Source: a virus. Taken from it: a stretch of DNA of 64,000 nt. The translations under genes were made by a program, and so were the position numbers. Below the pieces are notes generated by a model. It was given only the letters and a program-made list of their open reading frames with translations, made no database searches and was not told where the DNA came from. The stretch is taken from the IMG/VR virus record IMGVR_UViG_3300020477_001475, positions 1 through 64,000 of that record, one strand, 5' to 3'. Below, in pieces: positions 58,392 to 64,000 of the stretch (its first letter is position 1; the number at the start of each line of letters is the position of its first letter).

Positions 58392-58565
58392 TTATTTCCC
58401 CTTCTTGTCGTTGCAGTAACATTCAGGTACTGGTTTTGATGCTATAATTTCCAAAGAATTTGCTATTCTTTGTAAAACTTCTAATGTAATCGCATCCTTT
58501 GATTTAATTTCAACATTGGTGTAACCTTGTGCATTCACTTTAAATGGTATTTTAATATCAGACAT
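58392..58565 (-). CDS. Small hypothetical protein
   Basis: Likely start at MSDIKIPF, after an AGGAGG RBS. Confidence 0.5.
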   Translation of the reverse strand: MSDIKIPFKVNAQGYTNVEIKSKDAITLEVLQRIANSLEIIASKPVPECYCNDKKGK

Positions 58566-58773
58566 TGTTTTCTTCCTCCTGTAACAATTGTTTTTTAGTT
58601 TGTTGTTTGTCTTCTTCAGGTACATCTCCTTTAGTATGTTTCCTGAGAAATTCTTCTATATCAATATTTAACCTATTCAATTCATTATAGGCTAAATCAT
58701 GAACAAATTCATCTGCATCTTTATCCAAAATAGTAGTCATCAACTTTTGAATATATGGTCCAAGTTTATTCAT
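58558..58773 (-). CDS. Small hypothetical protein
   Basis: 71 aa, AGGAG RBS. Confidence 0.55.
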   Translation of the reverse strand: MNKLGPYIQKLMTTILDKDADEFVHDLAYNELNRLNIDIEEFLRKHTKGDVPEEDKQQTKKQLLQEEENNV

Positions 58774-58943
58774 AATATTCTCCTCATATATATATATTTA
58801 CTTTTTTCGTTTTTTGGCAATTTTACGATATTCTGATTGTTTCATTTTTCTATTCTTATGTTTCTTATTACCATTTTTCCTTTTAGTTTTTTGGTAATTG
58901 TTAGAATATTCATCCAAATCATATAATTCATCATACTTCATTT

Positions 58944-60155
58944 TTAAGCAAAACGCCTCCTTTTATTAACTTTCAAATTAGATTCAATTCTATTCATCAC
59001 TCTTATATTTAAGTGAAATATATCATATTCCATTTCACCTATCTCTCCACTTTCATCAATAATTTTTTGTATGTCAAAAATAAATTGTAATTTTTCTTGT
59101 ACATTATTTTCTGTAATTTCTCTACCACTAAATCTTAAAATTATATCATTATCTTTTTTATAATCATATAACTTAATTTTTTCAGATAATAAAATCATCG
59201 TATTTGGTTGTTCATTGGAAATATATTTAGATATTAATTCTTTACTACTATTAAACAAATGATTGTGTTTAACATAAATGGTAGAAGCCCATGGTTCTAA
59301 AGCGTGTAATTTACCCAAATCACATTCATCTACAACCAATCCTATATCATATTTGGGTGGTACAGTCATATCTCTATTTTCATCCCAAACACCACTTGGC
59401 CAACACCCCCATTTCCTAACAAAGTTTCTTATGGACTTATTATATTGATTATCTATGTCTATATGACCTTCTTCTCTTTGCCGAACACTTTTGCTTGGCA
59501 TATGATAAACAGCAGTTTCAAATAATTGACAATACTTCGCACCACTCATCTTTATTCTTAAATAAAAGTCATCGTCATCCACCATATATTTCAAAAACAA
59601 TAAGTCATTTCCACCAACTTTATCATAAAGTGTTTTTTTGATCATCCATGGAAAAAACATTCTTTGTTCTACTCTACCTTTACTATCTTCAATGTTCTTT
59701 TCATGCCAATTAATAAATTTATTTTCTTTAAATTCTTCAGATCTTGTACCAAAATCAATTAAAAATTTATCAATCGATTCTGGATAACCTATATTTGGTT
59801 CAACTCTTAAAGGTGTAATGAAATCATATTCTTTCATATACTTTAACATAATTTCATCAAACTTGGGTGGTACATACATATCTGAATGCAACATACACAC
59901 AATTTCATTAGAAGCCAATTCAACCATTTTATTATAAGAATAGGCTATTCCAATATTTTCTTCATTTCTATGAATAACCATGTTTATATCTTGTGATTTC
60001 AATTCTTGTAATAATTCCCAAGTACCATCTTTAGAACCATCATCCATCATAACTATTTCATGTCTATAACCAAGATTTTTCCTAATAGAGTTGTAACACC
60101 ATTTAGTATATTTCTTAGTATTAAAATTGGATATTATGAAACTAATAGTTTTCAT
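58944..60155 (-). CDS. Glycosyltransferase family 2
   Basis: ISFIISNFN, DDGSKDGT, LHSDM, DDDDFYLR, VYH. Confidence 0.9.
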   Translation of the reverse strand: MKTISFIISNFNTKKYTKWCYNSIRKNLGYRHEIVMMDDGSKDGTWELLQELKSQDINMVIHRNEENIGIAYSYNKMVELASNEIVCMLHSDMYVPPKFDEIMLKYMKEYDFITPLRVEPNIGYPESIDKFLIDFGTRSEEFKENKFINWHEKNIEDSKGRVEQRMFFPWMIKKTLYDKVGGNDLLFLKYMVDDDDFYLRIKMSGAKYCQLFETAVYHMPSKSVRQREEGHIDIDNQYNKSIRNFVRKWGCWPSGVWDENRDMTVPPKYDIGLVVDECDLGKLHALEPWASTIYVKHNHLFNSSKELISKYISNEQPNTMILLSEKIKLYDYKKDNDIILRFSGREITENNVQEKLQFIFDIQKIIDESGEIGEMEYDIFHLNIRVMNRIESNLKVNKRRRFA

Positions 60156-60883
60156 TTATTAAATTCCTTTATTTCTTCTAACTGAATTTTAATATTTGGT
60201 GTTTCTATAGTTGGTACAAGACATTTATCTATTTTCAAAGAATCATTTTTATTTATTTCAACATCTTTTCCATAAACATCCTTCATTATATTTAATAATT
60301 CATATTTAGAAATACATTCAGTTGCTGGTATATTTAAATCTTTATAGTTATCCCAATTAGACATCATATCATAGGCAACTTTAGCCCATTGTAGTGTGGT
60401 ATTACCATTCCAATAACATTCACTATAACCACCTATACTATCATCTTCAACATTCAAAAACCATTCTAATAAACTTGCTTCAGTATTTAATTCTGGTCCA
60501 ATGATAGATGTTTTTATAATTTTAGTCATCCTACCATCTTCTAAAATATATTCGGCAGCTTTTCTTTTAGAATTTCCATAATCATCATCATCTATTTCAC
60601 AATCAGTTCCTGGGTGTATTATATAACAACCTATATTTTCATCTAACCATATAGGTAAATCTACATTAACATCAAAATCATTTGTTCTTTGGTGTATAGC
60701 ACCTATACAATTTATTATATAACCACCATTTTCACTCCACCAAAAATCTGTAACGAAATCCTTAAATTCCCTTGTAGGCCACCTTAAATCTGTAGTAACT
60801 ACTTTGCAGTCACCTTTAGTAGATAGATACTTGTAAACCATATGTCCTAACATACCTTTATGTCCTAAAATTAAAACTTTCAT
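60152..60883 (-). CDS. RmlD-like NDP-sugar reductase
   Basis: VLILGHKGMLG, YGNSK, SLLEWFL. Confidence 0.8.
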   Translation of the reverse strand: MKVLILGHKGMLGHMVYKYLSTKGDCKVVTTDLRWPTREFKDFVTDFWWSENGGYIINCIGAIHQRTNDFDVNVDLPIWLDENIGCYIIHPGTDCEIDDDDYGNSKRKAAEYILEDGRMTKIIKTSIIGPELNTEASLLEWFLNVEDDSIGGYSECYWNGNTTLQWAKVAYDMMSNWDNYKDLNIPATECISKYELLNIMKDVYGKDVEINKNDSLKIDKCLVPTIETPNIKIQLEEIKEFNK

Positions 60884-60887
60884 ATGA

Positions 60888-61301
60888 CTATCTCCTCTCT
60901 ATATTCCAAATGTTCCATTTATCCCATTCAAATCTAATATCATCACCCATACTATCTTCTAATGTAGATGTTGAAAAGAATAAAACTTTTGTATTATCTT
61001 GCAAATTCATAAAACCATTAGCATATCCTGGAGGTATATACAAAATTTGTGGTTTACTTGATGACAATACGAATCTATCTATTTCTTCAGTTTTCATATT
61101 AACAGCACCTATTAAAATAGCACCATTGGGAACAAAAACATACTTGCCTTCATTTTCATGTCCATGCCAAGCTCTGATAAATCCTTTTTCATGATTTTCA
61201 ACCATATAAAATCTCTTAACATTTTTAAAATCAAAATCATTAACAAATGATAATTGACCTCTATCATCTACGGCAACACCACCATTCATAACTTTTACCA
61301 T
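60888..61301 (-). CDS. RmlC/FdtA-like cupin sugar epimerase/isomerase
   Basis: DDRG, RAWHGH, LYIPPGYANGF. Confidence 0.85.
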   Translation of the reverse strand: MVKVMNGGVAVDDRGQLSFVNDFDFKNVKRFYMVENHEKGFIRAWHGHENEGKYVFVPNGAILIGAVNMKTEEIDRFVLSSSKPQILYIPPGYANGFMNLQDNTKVLFFSTSTLEDSMGDDIRFEWDKWNIWNIERR

Positions 61302-61588
61302 ATTCTTAACCTCCCTAATATTATATCCTTAAACATTAACCAGTCTGACAATTTAGCATATAATGGATTTACAAATGCAGCTGGTTTATTACCTTCAAAA
61401 AAATAATGACCACTCCAAGCAAATGGGTATATTACAAATGGAATCAATGGAATTAAAAACCAATACCAATTATACAATACAAATATTGTAAATGATATTG
61501 TAACCCATTGGCCAATGAAATGTAATAACCTACACTTTGGATGTTCGTGTAATGTTAAATAGTATTTATAATATTCTTTAATTCCCAT
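61295..61588 (-). CDS. DUF962/Mpo1-like membrane protein
   Basis: YLTLH....R.LHFIG, FAWSGHYFFEGNKPAAF. Confidence 0.85.
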   Translation of the reverse strand: MGIKEYYKYYLTLHEHPKCRLLHFIGQWVTISFTIFVLYNWYWFLIPLIPFVIYPFAWSGHYFFEGNKPAAFVNPLYAKLSDWLMFKDIILGRLRIW

Positions 61589-62537
61589 TTTGTTCTCCTA
61601 TATATTTAGCATTACTATAAAGGTTACTATAAGGATTTCTTATTCTATTACTTTCAAATATATCTGCTAATTCTTTGATACTATCTTCTAAACTAATATG
61701 TGGTGACCATCCAGTAGCATCTACATATTTTTTAGAACTTACATGATAATCTCTCAAATCTTCATATTTCATATCTATATATTCAATATCAACATCACCC
61801 AAAACCTTATATATAGTTTCACCCAAATCTTTTATTTCTACATTTTTATCAGAAACATTATATATACCATTCAACGATTTCATATTACTCATATTCAAAT
61901 TAGTTTGATATAAAATATCAGCTACATCTCTAACATGTATTATTGGTCTCCATTGAGATCCACCAAAAACAGTTAATTTTTCACCCCTAATTGCCTTCAA
62001 TGTAAGTATATTGATTACCAAATCTAATCTAGGTCTACTAAATCTATCACCAAATCCGTGTACTGTACCTAATCTGTATATAACAGAATTTCCTCTATCC
62101 AATAACATCTTTTCAGCTTCCAACTTTGTGGATGCATATATAGACAAAGGATTTGTAGGTGATTTTTCATTGAGGTTTCTTTTTCTATTTGCACCATAAA
62201 CAGAACAAGTACTTGTAAAAATAATTCTACCATTATAATTATCACATAACCACTTAACTGGTTCTTGATTTATATTTATCGTAGTTTCAGGATCCACAGC
62301 ACATGCCCCATCACCTACTAAAGCAGCTAACCATATAACAGTATCATAATTATTTATAATTTTACCCAATTTTTTATAATCCCTGATATCACCATATATT
62401 AAATTTATATCTTTCAAATATAAATCTTCATACACTAATGAATCATAAACATCCACATCAAACATAGTTTTTCTAAATCTATCAGTCAATGCACCACCTA
62501 TATAACCTGCACCACCAACTATTAATATTTTTTTCAT
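61578..62537 (-). CDS. NAD-dependent epimerase/dehydratase
   Basis: GGAGYIG, STCSVYG, YASTK, WRPIIHVRD. Confidence 0.92.
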   Translation of the reverse strand: MKKILIVGGAGYIGGALTDRFRKTMFDVDVYDSLVYEDLYLKDINLIYGDIRDYKKLGKIINNYDTVIWLAALVGDGACAVDPETTININQEPVKWLCDNYNGRIIFTSTCSVYGANRKRNLNEKSPTNPLSIYASTKLEAEKMLLDRGNSVIYRLGTVHGFGDRFSRPRLDLVINILTLKAIRGEKLTVFGGSQWRPIIHVRDVADILYQTNLNMSNMKSLNGIYNVSDKNVEIKDLGETIYKVLGDVDIEYIDMKYEDLRDYHVSSKKYVDATGWSPHISLEDSIKELADIFESNRIRNPYSNLYSNAKYIGEQNGN

Positions 62538-63101
62538 CTAATTATTCCCCTTTTTTTCAGTATATAAAATTATTCTTATAGCAGAATCCGCTGAATTACT
62601 TCTATGTGATGATGATTGTTTAATAATATTAAAATATTTTTCCACAGTTTCTTTTTGGTCTGGATTTATTTCAAATACAGCATAATCACAATTCATTTTA
62701 GATAAAGTCAAGTCTTGATTTTCACAATGATGTAACATATTCAAACACAAAGCTATATCACATTCAGGGGTATCTTCACCTCCAACCCATTCTAAAAATT
62801 CCATATCAACACCAGAAAATTCAGTTATTAATTTAGCTGTTGGTATAACAGGTGGTGTTGCATCCAAACCAATTACTTTTTTGGCTCCTTTTTTCATAAC
62901 TTGTATACCAAAATAAGCATGAAAACATCCTAAATCACATACTGTTTTATCTATCCAATCTATTCCAAGTTCGTTTATAGTTTTCCAAGATTCGTAAGAT
63001 TTAGAATAACCAATAAAATCTAATATTTCAATATCTTGGTAATACTTATCATAATCTTGAGAATCTAAATATTGTCTAAGTTGTTCTTTATTTTCAATCA
63101 T
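62538..63101 (-). CDS. Class I SAM-dependent methyltransferase
   Basis: VCDLGCFHAYFG, VIGLD, CLNMLHH. Confidence 0.8.
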   Translation of the reverse strand: MIENKEQLRQYLDSQDYDKYYQDIEILDFIGYSKSYESWKTINELGIDWIDKTVCDLGCFHAYFGIQVMKKGAKKVIGLDATPPVIPTAKLITEFSGVDMEFLEWVGGEDTPECDIALCLNMLHHCENQDLTLSKMNCDYAVFEINPDQKETVEKYFNIIKQSSSHRSNSADSAIRIILYTEKKGNN

Positions 63102-63111
63102 ATTATTTCCC

Positions 63112-63618
63112 TCATGGTACTATTGGTTCATTATCAATACTGTTATCATAAATATAAAAATCACCACGTATATGTGAATTTACCAAATTATCATCCACCC
63201 ATTTACTATAAAAATCTTTATAATTTTTTTTATATTCATCTAAATTTTCTTCTTTATAAAAATATTTTGATTTTAATCTACCCAACCACACATCAATATC
63301 ACCACATTCCACTAAAATAATAGTACAATTATTATTCAAATAATAATCTTCAAATGATTTTATTGGATTTTCTGGTGGTACAGCATCCATTATTAATTTA
63401 TCACCATTTTCAATCAGTTTAAAAATATTTTTTATACCTTTGTCAGGATCATGATAAGGATAATTTTTATCAAAACTAATAAATTTATAATCTCCATTCT
63501 TTTCTACAAATTTTTTAGAAAAATGTGTTTTCCCTGAACCGAATAAACCAGTTACAAATATTTTAGATTTAAAATTACTACTGCCCATACTTTTTAGTTT
63601 CTGCATTAAAACCTCCAA
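63112..63618 (-). CDS. P-loop small-molecule kinase
   Basis: IFVTGLFGSGKT. Confidence 0.7.
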   Translation of the reverse strand: MEVLMQKLKSMGSSNFKSKIFVTGLFGSGKTHFSKKFVEKNGDYKFISFDKNYPYHDPDKGIKNIFKLIENGDKLIMDAVPPENPIKSFEDYYLNNNCTIILVECGDIDVWLGRLKSKYFYKEENLDEYKKNYKDFYSKWVDDNLVNSHIRGDFYIYDNSIDNEPIVP

Positions 63619-63928
63619 TATCTATTTTTTCTATATTTCTTTTTATTGTTGTTGATAACTTTTCATCTATACATCTTTTCAACCTAGCCCGTTCTTCAAC
63701 TAACCTAACATCCTCAACAGACGCCCAAGAACAGAATTCAGAATCATTCTTATTGTCCATTACTCTATCTTTTAATGTAAATAATTTGAAATTAACAATC
63801 GATAATCTATCAACCAATTCACCCATACTTAAAAGTTGTTCAAAACTGTTATCACAATCATAACTACCATCATAATTATCCACTGAATCCTTTATAATCA
63901 AATCTATATTTTCACTAAACTTATTCAT
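63578..63928 (-). CDS. Helical protein of glycosylation loci (DUF4254/DUF6165-like)
   Basis: SMGELVDRLSIVNFKLF...ERARLKRCID. Confidence 0.55.
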   Translation of the reverse strand: MNKFSENIDLIIKDSVDNYDGSYDCDNSFEQLLSMGELVDRLSIVNFKLFTLKDRVMDNKNDSEFCSWASVEDVRLVEERARLKRCIDEKLSTTIKRNIEKIDIGGFNAETKKYGQ

Positions 63929-64000
63929 ATATTTAAATTCCTATACCAATTATGTATTTCCTCTACACCATAATATAATACAGTTTCAGCTTCAAATCCT
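63925..64000 (-). CDS. 3' end of a probable NAD-dependent epimerase (partial)
   Basis: GFEAETVLYYGVEEIHNWY resembles an extended-SDR C-terminus; TGA overlaps the next ATG. Confidence 0.4.
   Translation of the reverse strand, partial: GFEAETVLYYGVEEIHNWYRNLNI

Noticed and set aside
1-64000. Cellular or eukaryotic-virus origin suggested by the Cys-rich, LRR and SMB proteins
   Set aside because: Baseplate gp6/gp25/gp5, a gp55-like sigma, Shine-Dalgarno sites and sigma70-type promoters indicate a bacteriophage.

Overview
This is a 64-kb fragment of a very AT-rich, large tailed (myovirus-type, probably jumbo) bacteriophage genome. It is coded almost entirely on the minus strand in the standard genetic code. 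Host-like domains (dockerins, lamin-tail domains, plant-type LRRs, GCxDxxAxNY repeats, outer-membrane beta-barrels) point to a marine Gram-negative host of the FCB group, possibly Marinimicrobia; this is inference. Layout in order: (1) A >1,989-aa Cys-rich LRR protein that the ORF track missed, then a LamG protein and baseplate genes (gp6-, gp25- and gp5-like) with a gp55-like late sigma factor (1-14.7 kb). (2) An accessory block: HD hydrolase, PhoH, two tandem DUF4338/DruA-like proteins, porins, peptide deformylase, thioredoxin, Hsp20, a nucleotidase, metalloproteases and a lytic transglycosylase (15-30.5 kb). (3) An early/regulatory island with about 10 copies of one strong promoter, six OmpR-type direct-repeat boxes, six DnaA boxes and a non-coding transcription unit (about 22.5-36.6 kb). 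(4) An operon encoding a cohesin-like protein, an LTD/somatomedin-B protein, a dockerin protein and a 5,119-aa Cys-rich giant (36.8-56.9 kb). (5) A sugar-modification/glycosyltransferase cluster (59-64 kb). The strongest novel signal is a tandem pair of 73-nt cloverleaf RNAs (33964-34118, minus strand). All four stems covary between the copies and glycine identity elements are intact, but the D, T and anticodon loops are non-canonical. They are candidate non-translational glycyl-donor or decoy tRNAs, possibly serving the DUF4338 enzymes. All family assignments come from motif recognition by eye; no database search was run.
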